This document shows, piece after piece, positions 48,247 to 61,400 of a stretch of DNA of 64,000 bases. Position 1 is the first letter of the stretch, and each line of letters starts with the position of its first letter. Made by a program: the position numbers and the translations under genes. The stretch is from Leucoraja erinacea (lineage: Eukaryota). Under the pieces are notes generated by a model. The model was not told where the DNA came from, made no database searches, and was given only the letters and a program-made list of their open reading frames with translations. Where the stretch lies: contig NW_026576619.1 in NCBI RefSeq assembly GCF_028641065.1, positions 372,001 to 436,000 on the forward strand. The letters are read 5' to 3'.

Positions 48247-49953
48247 CTGAAGAGAAAATAAAATGAAGCAGTCTGAGCAAAGGATTAAAAAAAGTTATTC
48301 TTTTAAAAGAGATGTTGCGGTTTATTCCCCCTTAGAACAGAGGCATTCAAGAGAATGTTTGATAGGCACCAGGTTCAGGATTGATGATGAATAATTTTCA
48401 ATGGAAGACCATTAACCAGAAGAACAGATTGAGAGTGGGTAGCAAACAACTAAATGCAACCCCAAGTAAAATGTAATTATGTAATGAGTGTTTGGGATTT
48501 GGAATTTCCTGCCTGATAAAGCAAGGAAAACAGCTTCATCATGAGCATTCGAGAAGCAGTTGAATATATACTCCCAATGGAAAAACACTGTAGCAACATG
48601 TGTAAAAATGTAAAAATTAACCGTGTTTTAGAGGAGATTCATCAGGATGTTGCTTGAGATGGAATGTTTCAGTCATGAGGAGTGACTGGAGCAGTTGGGT
48701 CTGTTTGATCTCAAGCTGAGTGAGTTAAGAGGGGACATGATTGAGGTATATAAAATTATGAGTGTAATGGATATGGTAGACTACATCTTATCAAAGATGA
48801 TTCATACTGGGGGAAATAAATTTGTGGTAAGGGGCAAGAGTTTCATAGGCAATATGAGGGGTTCTTTTAAACCCAGTGAATAGAAAATACCTGGAAAGTT
48901 CTGCCAAAGAGGTGGCGGAAGCAGAATCCTATCAGCATTTAAAAGGCACTTGAATTGCCTCGGCGTTGAGGGTTATGAGCTGGAGTTGGTTGATGAGATT
49001 AATGTAGATGGGTGCCCATTGATCAGTGAGAACATAAAATGTTGAATGGCCTGTTTCAATGCTGTCTGACTCTTTGATGTTCTGAGAAATTCAAATTGTC
49101 AGCTCAGACAAGCCATTGCAGACTCATTAGGCTAACAACCTCCTTCTGAGTTATACTGTTTTATATGATCCTAACTTAGTCTTTATTGGGAAGTGGAACA
49201 TGCTTGCAAAAACCTACCGACATCAAGCAGACTCAGGGGTCACCTGAGTATTTGAAGCGGGGAGGGGTATTTGAAGAGGGTTAGTGAGGTTATTTAGGTT
49301 ATCACAACTTTCATGTTAGCTAACAATAAAAAAGCCCCATAAAATTAAGAGATCAGGAGAAATTTCTTGATATTTTATCCCCCAGACAGTAATCTAACAA
49401 TATTAACAGGCTGCACAAAATCCTGATTGCAATGAACAGCTCTTTAATCAAACATATATGGAACCATTCAGCACCAATGGGGTTTTTTAAAACCCAGAAA
49501 TGATGCATCTATCCTCCACTCATTTCCTTTGTTGAATAATCAATACTGTCTTTTTGCGCAACCTTTGGTGTATTTCTGATCATGAATTCTGTTTGCTGTA
49601 GTTCCCACAGACCTACTTAATATTCTTCCTAATTATTTAGAACACAATCAGAAAGAATAGAATAAGCATTCATCAATTGCCATTTTCGTATCATTTTATA
49701 TTATGTAAAATTACTTCTGCAGTTGCATTCCAGCTTAGGACCAAGTCAAAGCTACTGGTTTAGCAAAGGAACTACAGGTCTTTTAGATGGGAATAAGGCT
49801 GGGGAGATGAAATGAGATCAGGACTATAGGCCAAACAGCCTATTGAACCAAAGGCACAGTGGATGTATTTGTCTCATGGTCACATTCTTGCAACTGGGGA
49901 TTTTCTTGATTGAAAATTCCCAATTTAGGATTTCCCATTCCCATATTAATTAC

Positions 49954-50024
49954 CAGGTCTGTTGACTTCTGCATTGGCATTTAGATCATCCTCTATTAGG
50001 GCATCATTGTCTTCAGGAAGAGGT
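49954..50024 (-). CDS. BNIPL: BNIPL exon (PLPEDNDALIEDDLNANAEVNRP)
   Basis: 71 nt, phase 2-1, tttacag|...|gtaatt. PLPED follows FP[KR] as in the BNIP2 family. Confidence 0.85.
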
Positions 50025-51307
50025 CTGTAAATATAAAAATGAAGAGTCCCAAGTGGAAAGAACCAATTAAAGATAGCACACAAATTATGGCTGTTTGATC
50101 AATCATTCTACTAAAATGTCCTTGAGATTGAAACTGTGAAAAAGTTGGAGACTGAAAGAAGGTATCAATGGAATGGAAAGAAGGGCACAAATGTAGGATT
50201 GGGATCTGCAGAATCAATCTGCAGAAGTAAGATAATAGATTTGGGGATAGCAAACAATATGAGGAAAAAGGCAATGTGGGATACTGAGAAATGTATCAGA
50301 AGAATTGTCAGATGGAGAGATTTGGTTAGACGTGGTGTATTTGGTGCCAAACAAAATATTACATGAAGAAATTATATTGGAGTATGAGCAAAAAATAATA
50401 AATATTTTATCAGTTTTTATGAATGCAGAAAACTTACTGTGACTTTAGTAAATGAATAGCTCAAAAAAGACTAGCTTCAGTAAAACAAAATTCAAATTGG
50501 TGGAGTTAATAACTCCCCAGGTTCTTCTACTCTGCCTCACATCATGACCTTTACACTTCTTTTTATTCTGTACTTTCTCTAAAGATATAAAATTATATTC
50601 TGAACAGTTAGTTTTCTCTTTTGCACTAATTATTGTTCTCATGTTTTGTATCAGCCTGGATAGCATACAGGAACAGAAAGGAGAAAGAGGGAAGTCAAAA
50701 CCAATGAGTCTGACATCAGTAGTTGGAAAGCTGACATTTAAGAAACATTAAAATTAGGAGCATGAATCAGTCACTTGAACTCTCAGGCCCAATGCGCTAT
50801 TTAAAAAGATCATTTATGATCATTTCCACCCGCCCATGGCAACGTTTCACCCACTTGCTTATTAAACATTTGTCTACCGTTTGGTAGGACAAAATAGATG
50901 TGTTTTTTTGAAGGGTGGAAGACTGAAAGGTGTTGGTGTTTTGTACATGAATCACTGGAAGTGAAAATGCAGGTGCCTTGACGTTTACTGCAAGAGGATT
51001 AAATACTTAAGTGGGGCATTATATAGTGACCAGGTGAGATTACATGTGGAATATAGCGTACAGTTCTGGTCTACATATGCAGGGAGAACCATGCTGAAAC
51101 TCACTTGGTGTAAAAAAAATACTTCTCTCTATTTCTTCAACCAATTATGTAAATGTTTACCCCCTGTGTTTTGATCCTCTGTTAAGTGAAATGGGTTCTT
51201 CCTATCTACTACACCAGCTAAGTACCCATTCAATGCTTATGTATGGATTAAAAAATCCAGCCTTCAAGGTGCTCACAGAATATAAATATTTTTAATCAGC
51301 ATCTTAC

Positions 51308-51403
51308 TTTGGAAACTCCTCATCCTGCCACTCTTCTCGGAGTTCCATGTCCTCAATCTGTATCTCTGCAGAGTTTGGGGACTCCAACTGTTCCTTCTGC
51401 AGA
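51308..51403 (-). CDS. BNIPL: BNIPL exon (LQKEQ...DMELREEWQDEEFPK)
   Basis: 96 nt, phase 2-2, ttccag|...|gtaag. ELREEWQDEEFP is the BNIP2/BNIPL N-terminal WQD motif. Confidence 0.9.
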
Positions 51404-51778
51404 CTGGAAAAGTAAAGGTTTGCTGTGAGACAGAAGTTTGCTAACCCATAGATCAATGGAAGGGAGAGGAGTATATCAGCACCTCAAGTTTGATCTCTTT
51501 TGGCTAGACTACAAAATGACGAGTCACTAACAGGATTCTCACTGAGATTTGTTGTATGTTTGTACCTGCAATTTGCCACTATGTTGTCCCACCCCCTTGT
51601 TCCTATGAATTTTCACAATGTACTTCAAATAATTTCAAAGCTGTAACAACATAAAACAAACAGGAGTATTTTATTTAGTCACTTATGCCTGCTCCACCAT
51701 TCAGCGAGATCATGCTTTTACCTCTGCCAGTTTCCTGCACTAACACCTTATCCCTGAATTCACTAGCTAATCAAATAT

Positions 51779-52064
51779 GAAATGAAATGAAATGAAATGA
51801 TTGAAATGAAATGAAATGATTCAATTTATTGTCATTGTCAGTGTACAGTACAGAGACAACGAAATGCATTTTTAGCATCTCCCTTGAAAGGGAGACACAG
51901 GGCGTCGCGGTGTGCCCGCGCCTGCCGCCGTAACATTCCATTACAGGCAAAGGTGGGTGAAGTGTCTTGCCCAAGGACACAACGACAGTATGCACTGCAA
52001 GCGGGATTTGAACCGGCTACCTTCCGGTCGCCAGCCGAACTCTTAGCCCATTGTGCTATCTGTC
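51779..52064 (-). mobile_element. Young tRNA-derived SINE with CORE-like body and (TTTCA)n tail
   Basis: A box tagcacaatgg, B box ggttcaaatcc, body gtgtccttgggcaagacacttcaccc, 3' gacaatgacaataaa tail; CpGs retained; possible AAATAT TSD. Confidence 0.75.
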
Positions 52065-52769
52065 GAAATATCTACCAATCTCCCAACTTAAATTAACTCC
52101 ACAGCTGAGCCGCCACAGCCCTGTCAGGTAGAAAATTCTGAACTTTTATCATGTTCTGGGTAAAGACATTTCTTCCCATCTTGGTCCAGAACAACCTATC
52201 CTCATTTTGAGACACTGACTACTGATTCTACATATCTGAGCCAGGAGAAAAAAACAACTTTGCATTTATTATGTTAAGCACTGTAAAAATGTTGTACATT
52301 TCATTAAAATTCATTTAAGCTCAAGCCATTGCTGATCTAATATGCTGAAACCAACCTCGTTTCAAATCCTCCATCCCAGACATCATTGTAGTGAACCTTC
52401 ACCAATCCCCTTCTATTGGAAGGTAGACCAGGCATATACAGTCTATTTTAGATACAGTCTCAACATAGCCATATACAATTGGAGCAAGAAATTTGTACTT
52501 CTGTGTTAAATAGTCATCGAGAGCATGGAAACAGGCTCTTTGGCCCATCAAACACCCATTTACACAAAAAATATTTTATTCTTGCTACATTATCATCAAC
52601 TTTCTCTCTCAGCTGCACATCTTAGACATGTGGAGGGGGTGGGACTGGCCAGCACTCAGAGAAAACCCACGCAATCACAGAGAGCAAACTACACACAAAC
52701 AGCAACGGACGTCAGGTTTAAATCCGAGTTTCTGGACGCTGTGTGGCAGTAGTTCTACTAGCCATGACT

Positions 52770-53665
52770 GTTTAGCGGACATAGTACGAACTCCATCATC
52801 AAGTTCACCGACAACACCACTGTTGTTGGATGAATTACAGATGGTGATGAGTCAGAGTATAGGTGAGATCGATCGATTGACCAAATGGTGCCAGCACAAC
52901 AACTGATCGACCAATTGACCAAATGGTGCCAACACAACTGCACAAAAACCAAGTAACTGATTGTGGACTTTGGAAGAGGAAGGATGAGGATGCAAAATCC
53001 TGTTTATATCAATGGGACGATGGTGGAGAGGGTCAAAAATGTCAAATTCCTGGGTGTGCATATTTGCAAAGATCTTTCCTGGACCCAGCACACTGATGGA
53101 ATTATAAAGAAGGCACATCTGCGCCTCTACTTCCTGAGAAGATTACGGAAATCGGTATGTCGAAGAGCATTCTCATCATGGCCTGGTTCGGCAAACTGAA
53201 AGTCAAGGAGCGGAAAAGACTGCAAAAAGTTGTGACCACTGCCCAGTCCATCACCGGCTCTGACCTCCCCACCATCGATGGCATCTATCAAAGTCACTGC
53301 CTCAAAAAGGCAGCCAACAACATCAAAGACCCACACCATTCTGGCCACACACTCATTTCACCATTGCCATTGGGATGAAGGTACAGGAGCCCAAAAACTA
53401 ATGTCCCGGTTCAGGAACAGCTTCCCTACAGCCATCAGGCTATTAAACACTACAACCTCATATCATCTCTGACCTACAACAGACTATTATTATTATTATT
53501 GCACTATATTTGTTTATTTATTGAGTATTTGTGCATGTGTATATATACACTCACTGAACTTTTTTTCTCCTGTTATGTACTATATTTACATATTCTGTTG
53601 TGCTGCAACAAGTAAGAATTTCATTGTCCGATCTGGGACATACGACAATAAAACACTCTTGACTA
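52770..53665 (+). mobile_element. Rex1/Babar-like LINE 3' fragment
   Basis: PVYINGTMVERVKNVKFLGVHICKDLSW..HLRLYFLRRLRK; (TAT)n and aataaaacactcttgac tail. Confidence 0.75.
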
Positions 53666-53847
53666 TGCCACTGTGCCACCCAACCTACCAGACCTGTTTT
53701 GGACTCCACAAGAGAAATAGTTTCATTTTATGAGCATCTGTCACTAAAATCATATCAGGTGCCTGAAACGATTTGCACCATGAAAGGCCTAGTCCGACTT
53801 CCTGATTGTCAGGAAACAACCAGGAAATGATTCTAATAATGTTTTAC

Positions 53848-53903
53848 TCAGGTCGTTTTCCAGTTGCATCATGCTGGAGGGGAGATGGATGAAAATCACT
53901 CAT
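53848..53903 (-). CDS. BNIPL: Candidate first coding segment of BNIPL (MSDFHPSPLQHDATGKRPD...)
   Basis: Acceptor tgtctag| at 53914, ATG at 53903, GA|gtaaaa donor in phase 2 matching the next exon; gives a 358-aa product. Weak donor and no recognisable homology. Confidence 0.4.
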
Positions 53904-56335
53904 GAATGAAGTTCTAGACAGTAAAATGGTCAGAGTCAAATTGAGCAAGAAGATACCATTGTTATGTAGGCAAATGCAGCATTCAATACTGAGCAAGATA
54001 GATGACTGGATAATCTGTTTAATTGATTCTGATTGTGGGATGATTTTGGTCAAGTCTCTGGAGAAAACTCTCTTGAAGGAGCAGAGAGTCATACAGCACA
54101 GTAGCAGGCCCTTGGCTCAACTTGTCCCTGACAACCTGGATACTCCATCTACGCTAGTCCCAGTTACCCACGTTTGGCCATATCCCTCTAAACCTTTCCT
54201 TTCCATGTACCATCCAAATGTCTTTTAAATGTTCTTATAATACATGCCTCAATTACCTCCTCTGTAAGCTCGTTCCATTTACCTATCACTCTCTGTGTGG
54301 AAAATAAAATCCTCTCAGGTTCCTATTTAATTTTCTCCCTCTCACCTTAAACCCATGTTCTTTGCTTCTTGATTCCCTTACTCTGGGTAAAAGACAGCAT
54401 TCACCCTATATATTCCCCACATTATTTTATACACCTCTATAAGACCACCCCTCAGTCTCCAGCATTTCAAGGAAAGATTGTTGACACACTAGAGGCAGGA
54501 AACATGTTCCGATGTTAGAAGAGTCCAGAACCAGGGGCCACAGTTTAAGAATAAGGAGTACCCATTTAGAACAGAGCCAAGGAAACACTTTTACTCACTG
54601 AGAGTGGTGAGTCTGTGGAATTCTCTGCCTCAGAGGGCGGTGGAGGCAGGTTCTCTGGATGCTTTCAAGAGAGAGCTAGATTGGGTTCTTAAAAATCGGA
54701 CCGCCGTCCTGTATGGGTATGGCTGCCCAGCCTGCAGCAGTCCGTTTTTTCATCTCTTTTTAAAATTTTTAGTTGAGTTTTTATTTTTCGGAGTTCTAGT
54801 CTTTTTTATGTGGGGGTGGGGGTGGGGAGAAGGGGAAAACTGCTTCTCAGGGTCCCTACCTGGTTGGAGAGGCGGCTTTTCTCCGGGCTGCACCTTCTAC
54901 TAACCTCACCACAATAACCTCACTACAAGAACATTTCAACAAACAGATTGCATTGCATAAACATGTGTAAACCTGCACTAGACATCAGCATAAATCCTTT
55001 TTAACATTTGCAACTTGATTGATTATAGCACCAGTATCTGGAGCCTGAAATTACTTTTGGAGACACAAGTTTAATTTCCATCAAATGGGGAATTTAGAGC
55101 CAAGTGATTGCATAAATATAAGAAAAGGTAAGTATCAGTAATGGTGGTCATTAACCTATCATAAAATCCAGCTGGTTCCCTAATGTCCTTTACGGGAGGA
55201 TATTCCACCACAAGCCCAACACTGACACCCAACACCTAATACTCTAACGAGCCATTGCACATTGCAGTATTAAACTGAAGTTCATAGCATTTTACATTTA
55301 TGTTACAAACAAAGGCTTGCATTTATATAGCACCTCAGAACAGCAAGATCATTGAAGTACTTTTGAAGTTTGAAGAAGGGTCAAAACTTCAAACCTTCTC
55401 TCCAAAGATGCCGTCTGTCCCACTGAGGTAGTCCAGCATTTTGTGTCTATCTTTGGTTTAAACCAGCACCTGCAGTTAATTCCTACACAAGTATTTTTGA
55501 AGTGAAGTAATCATGGTATTACATGGAATGCAGTAGCCAATTTACACACAAAATTTTCCCTCAAGCATGAATGTAATTATGAGAAGGTCATCTGTTTTTA
55601 AGTGCTATTAATTGGAAGATTAACAAGCCAAGTTCTTTCAGGCCCAATAACTTCATTTGAGTTTACCATGCAAGGGAGTGCATCAAAGAATGCAGTACTC
55701 TCTCATTATAGAGTTGAGTATGGACTGGGATTACATACTCGAGTGTCTGGAGTGGAACTTGACCATACAAAATGTTGCCCGACATGTGAAAACTACATGA
55801 CTGAATTAAAGATTCAAAATTGTCCTTAGAAATGTTAACTACAAACAGTTCACTATCCATATATAGACTGGAAGAGAGTCAAACACAAGATTTTGTTTCT
55901 GAAGTGATTCATTACTGTGGTATGGATTTTCTGCAGAAGACAGGGATGTCTCTTGTTCTCTGCAGGACATGTTTTTGCACGTTACTATTCATCAATATGC
56001 TCTTGCAGAGGTTGCTCAGGATCTCAGGGAATGTCTACAATGAAACACGCACTAGACCTGTCCTAACAACACAAACCGTGAACTCCAGGAGTAGGAAGAG
56101 AAGGGAAACTATCTGAAGGATGAAATGTTAAATAAAAGAGTGAAATGACATGCAAAACGCAACAAGCAACGATTGCATTCGGCTTTTATTTTTTGAACGT
56201 CACTATGAAATGTAATTTGATGCCTAACTTACTACACCCCGGTGGCTCCACCAAAAAAAAACAAACCGGTCTGTCAAAAGTACAGAAGTTGTCATACATC
56301 CAAACACAACTCATGTAATTTTATATTGTACTTAC

Positions 56336-56520
56336 CGGGTTTAACTTCGATTACCTTCTTGTGTAATCAGTAGGCTTAATGGAGCACAAAATGCTTACTA
56401 TCTCGTCATGAACATAAAGGCAGCCTCACTATATGCTACAGAATAGACCACAGACTGTTTACATCATCGCATTTCACCTGGGCCCTATGAATGTACTCAG
56501 TCACACCCATCAACCTCAGT
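56336..56520 (-). other. Candidate non-coding upstream exon of BNIPL
   Basis: Strong donor CCG|gtaagt at 56336/56335 in TE-free sequence; 5' boundary unknown. Confidence 0.3.
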
Positions 56521-57794
56521 TACCTGGCAACCTAATACGCAATCCTCCTTTATCTGCCGCTGATGACACAGAATGAAAGGCAAAAGAAGCAACTACTCTT
56601 TCTCTGGCATCAACACCAATACAATTTTCACAGGGAGAATAAAGAGAAACTCTTTTCTTTGATGAAGGGACAGTGGGGTTGAAAAGAAAAAGGGGCAAAA
56701 ACCTAAAATTAGACATTTCAGGAATGACATTTCCTCACACAAAGCATATTGGAAAGTATGCAAGTCTCGACAGCCCAAAAAGCAATCAAGGCTGTAATTG
56801 TAAATTTCAATAAAGAAAAACAATAATTATTAAAACCACAAAATTCCTGAAACAATGTGGGTAGAGGGAATTCAGATATAGTTCAATCATAATATCATGG
56901 TGATCTTGTTGACTTTCTGAACAAGTTTCAAAAATTTCATACCTTAATCTTGTGTGAATGTAGCCTTTAGCTGCCCTGCGCAACGTCTTGTAGCTATTAC
57001 CCTTTGTCTTATTTTTTAGCTGCCTGATGGTGTCATCCATGTAACAAAAGAACAAGCTGGTCCCAATCCTGGCCTTCAAACAAGAGGCAGAGAAGTTTTA
57101 ATAGTGAAGAGGAACTTCAATTTTGCTGAGAGGTTAGAGATCATGTGATTCATGATTTTACAGTATAAAACATTAAAGAGAGGTTGAATAGAGATCAATA
57201 TTTTTAATCTAACACTAATAACTAATGTCTTATTTTTTGTACAGTCCTTTTCCTCTCACTGTCTTGCAGAATTTATGTGTAACTTATACAAGATAAGGAA
57301 GGAGGAGGGAGGATGTTGATGTAAGGAAATGAAAGGGATCAAAATAAACCAAAATTGAATATTATAACGGAGAATAAACCTATAAGAAAGTCCAAGAAGA
57401 ACATGATGGGAACAACAGGAATGCAAGAGCAATCCTCAAATGGTTAAATGGGAAGGCCTATTCCATAAAACAAACGCCGGTCTGGAAACTTAAAATAGAA
57501 TTGTTTCTCTCAATTGCAGATTGTAAACAAGGCTGCCTCCTGTACTTTGCTCAGTTCCATACAGGGAGCTTGTCTGCTCTTTAACTATTTGAAGACTGTG
57601 GGGATCTACGTTACGTTCTGATGTGAAACTTTCCGTAAGCATCTACCATAAACACATAAGGCTATGCATTCTAAATTTGCAAGACAAATGATTCATCATT
57701 GATGCAAATTCATTTATCTTTCTATTTCGCTCCCACTTGGACATTTTGCACATGCGAATACCTATCTTAATATTTCGCAATACTTCTTCAGAAT

Positions 57795-58430
57795 TTTCTT
57801 CTTCCTTGGCAATCCCTTGAGCCGAGGGTGACTTCTTCCATTCATTTAGTGGGGTTGGGGTAGTTAATGAGGACAACTAGTGGATAGTTGTAGAGGTGGT
57901 GTTCTCTTTCTACTGTTAATGCAAAGCTGTAGTGTGCTCTTGATACATGGCCTCAAGGTTCTTAATATCATTCGAAATGCTCCTCCATTTTCCATCGTAA
58001 GTACCAGAGGTTTCCAGAAATCAGTGATGTTGCATTAGTTCAAGGAGGATTTGAGCACCTACTTGAACCCTTTCTTCCGTCACCTTCTTCTCACGACAGA
58101 GCTCTGTTCTGGGAGGTTGGAGTGAGACATAATAATAACATTCCTTCCAAATGTTTCCGACTTGTTTTAATTAGGACCTCAGTGATGGCTGGCAACATTG
58201 GCCTGGGACAAGACATTGACATTGGTTCACTTATCCTTTCATGATTATGCATGGAGAACAATACCTCAAAGGCTGATGCACAGCACCCGTTTCCCCATCT
58301 TCATCATCATGGCACGATTGGCAAGTGTTCAGACATGATGCAAATCTAAAATATCTCCTCTCCACACTCACTTGCCATCCCACTCAGTCACGCACAATGG
58401 AATCCCATTTGGAATTTGGAGTTATATTAA
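57795..58430 (-). mobile_element. Old RTE-like LINE 3' relic
   Basis: (GAA)n-like tail and ttggcaatcccttgagccgagggtgacttcttcc end motif resembling RTE 3' ends. Confidence 0.4.
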
Positions 58431-61400
58431 AATGGTCAGGTCATTTTTAGCCAAGACTTACCGACTCACACAACCAATAGGACAGGAAATTTAAATAAGA
58501 CAAGGCATGACTCATTGGCACTCACTTTTTAACTTGCCAAGAGATTTGTTCAGTGATATAAAAGCAACAGAAACCACTGTACTCCAAAACAAGGACATTC
58601 CCCTCCTCAATGTTCCAAGAAATTGTGGTTCCCATTTGACTCCTGAGCATAATGTTTAAGTTTGCTTTTTTTAGTTTTTAGATATACCGCATGGAAACTA
58701 GATATGTAATCTGAAGGCTGAAGTATGAATTGGATACATGGTAGCTGGTGAATTTAAATTCAATTCAGTTCATTCAACTATTTGTAATTAAAAGGCTAGC
58801 AATCGTGAAACTACCACCTGCCGTTTTCATCCATCCTTTCAATGAATAGCAGTAGGCGTTGGTAATTTGGCTCATCAAAACTGACCGCCATTCAACGAGA
58901 TTGTGTTTGATCTGATGCTGGACTCTGCTTCAGCTTCCTCCTGTTTGTTCCCCAAAGCGCACAATTCCCAACTAAACCAATGACCTATCCCAGCCTTTAA
59001 TACATCTGTCTGGGATAGAGAATTTGAAAGATTCATGATCCCCAGAGCAGAAATTCCACCTTGTATTAAAAAGGCAATCCTTTATTTTAAAGCTATGCCC
59101 CATGACCTAGATTTCCAGATGAATTTCTACCCTATCAGAACCTTGCGTCTCCAAAGATTGCCTTTCATCCTTTTAAATGTAATGATATATCCTACCTGCT
59201 CCATCTTTGTGGATGTACATGCTCCTAAGTTTTTATAGCTGCTTTATATATTTTCTGTTGATGACGTCTTCTACAGTAGTGTTTCCGTTATGTCTTTCTT
59301 TCTCCTCAACTCAGGCTTCCCTCCTCCGTAGTTGACAGCACTCTCAACGACTACATTTTCCATAACTCTGCTCTCATCCTCTGTATTCCTATCCAGAGAA
59401 TGAATATGTCCCTTTTCATCTTACATCCCACCAGCTTCCAGATTCAATGGATCAATATATATCATTTCTGCTGCATTTGGAGTAAAATCTTCCTCGCACT
59501 CCCCTTTCTGAAAAGTCAGTTCACTTCTTGACATCTTGATTTACTCTTTCATCTCCCTCAGCATCTTCCTTTCAGATAATTCAGGGACCCAAGCCATGTT
59601 TGAAACATTTTCTAGAGTTTTTAAGAGATGTAATAATTAGATTAAATGGTGCATAAAGTATTGGTCACCAGACTACAGAGAGGATGTGGTGGTAGTGAGA
59701 GAATGAAGACAAGATTCACCAGGAATGGAGGACCAGTCAGATTTTATAAGCTGGGTTTATTCTCATTGGAATTTGGGAGGATGACGGGTGATCTTATAGG
59801 TCCATAAAATGGGGGCATTGTTTTCCCAATGCAGGGAGTCTAGAAATACAGCACACAAGATTAAAGGGGTTTAAGGTATGTGGGAAGAAATCTAAAGGAG
59901 ATCTGAGGGGCGTTGAATATCTGGAATGAGCTGTCAGAGGAGGTAATGGAGGCAGAAACAATTATAGGTCACCCATTCCTTCTCTCCAGAGATGCTGCTT
60001 GTCCCGCTGAGTTTCTCCAGCTTTTTGTGTCTATCTTTGGTTTAAATCAGCATTTGCAGTTCCTTCCAATACAATGTTTAAAAGGTGTTTTGACAAGTAC
60101 TTGTATAGGAAAGTGATAGAGAGATTCAGGCCTAAAGCAGACAGAGATTAGCATAGGTCAGCATCACGATCAGCTCCTGTCCTAGCACTTCTTTATACCC
60201 TCTACTCTTTCAGTCTATACCTCCATTTCCCTCCACAGCTGCCTGACTCACTGAGTTCCCCCAGCTGCTCTCCTTTTGCTACAGATTCCAACATCTGCAA
60301 TCTCTTGTGTCTCCATTGTACATCGTATTGGTTCACTCATTATTTGCTGCCGACCAAGTCTGGCCTGAGTCTGTGTCGACCAGCGATCACCCTGTACAGT
60401 AGCACTATCCTGCACATGCTAGGGACCATTCTTTTTTAACGAAAGCCAATTAACCTCCAAACCTGTACGTCTTTGGAATGTAGGAGGAAACTGATCCAGA
60501 GAAAACACTCGCAGTTATAGGGAGTACATAAAAACCCTGTACACACGGCACCCGTAATCAGGATCAAACCCAGGTCTCTGGTGCTGCAAGGCAGCAACTC
60601 TACTGTTGCGCCACTGTGCTGTGATTAGTCTAGGTGTCTGAATTATTAGTCTGGTAATTTATCCACTTTGGCAGCACCATACCCCAACTGATAAAACAAT
60701 GAATTAGGGAAGTTCATGGAATGTTGGCCTTTATTCTGTGGGATAAAAATAGGAACTTTGTTGATGGGAACACACACTTGGAGAACTATACATGGTTTTG
60801 GTCTCAGTGTTTGAGGAAGGGTGTGCTTGCAACAGAGGCAATGCAGAAAAATGTTTGCTAACTTGAATCTTGGGATGAAAGGTTTAATAAGAAGGTTAAG
60901 CCACCATGCAGAGGATTGCAGAAGAATGAGAGGTGATTGTTCTAAAACATGCACAATTCCAATGAGTATTGCCAGAGTGGATGCTGAGAGAACATGGTGG
61001 GGGGCATCAAGCATTGGGGTCAGTTTCATATTTTGAGACCACCTCTTTAAAATTATGCTTTTCTCTAAATGGGTATTGAATCTCAGAAATTGCCTACCCC
61101 AAGAGGGAGCAGTGGAAATAACATTATTGAACACATTCAAGGCAGAGGTTGAGACATTGAAACTACAAAGGGAGTCGGAGGTTGGAAAAGTATTGTTGTG
61201 GGTCAGATTAGACAAGCTTGGATCTTCCAAAAGGTGGATCACGTTATGTGTGTGGAAGCAGGAGAACGGTCAATTGGCCTGGTCCTGTTCCTCTTATGTT
61301 CACTGCATCCAGGTAAAATAGCGATTCGAGTTTAGAATCCCCACCTTTTTCTCGTTTAGTGTGGGGTTTGAGTGTTCACAGACGTGGTCTCTACATTGGA

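Noticed and set aside
39105-51403. BNIP2, ATCAY or PRUNE2 identity
   Set aside because: The BCH domain is shared by all; adjacency to C1orf56/CDC42SE1, LETPSDSE and the short C-terminus favour BNIPL.
39461-52945. Short tandem duplications (18 bp near 39461, 20 bp near 46578, ~35 bp near 52875)
   Set aside because: Ordinary slippage events in intronic or TE sequence.
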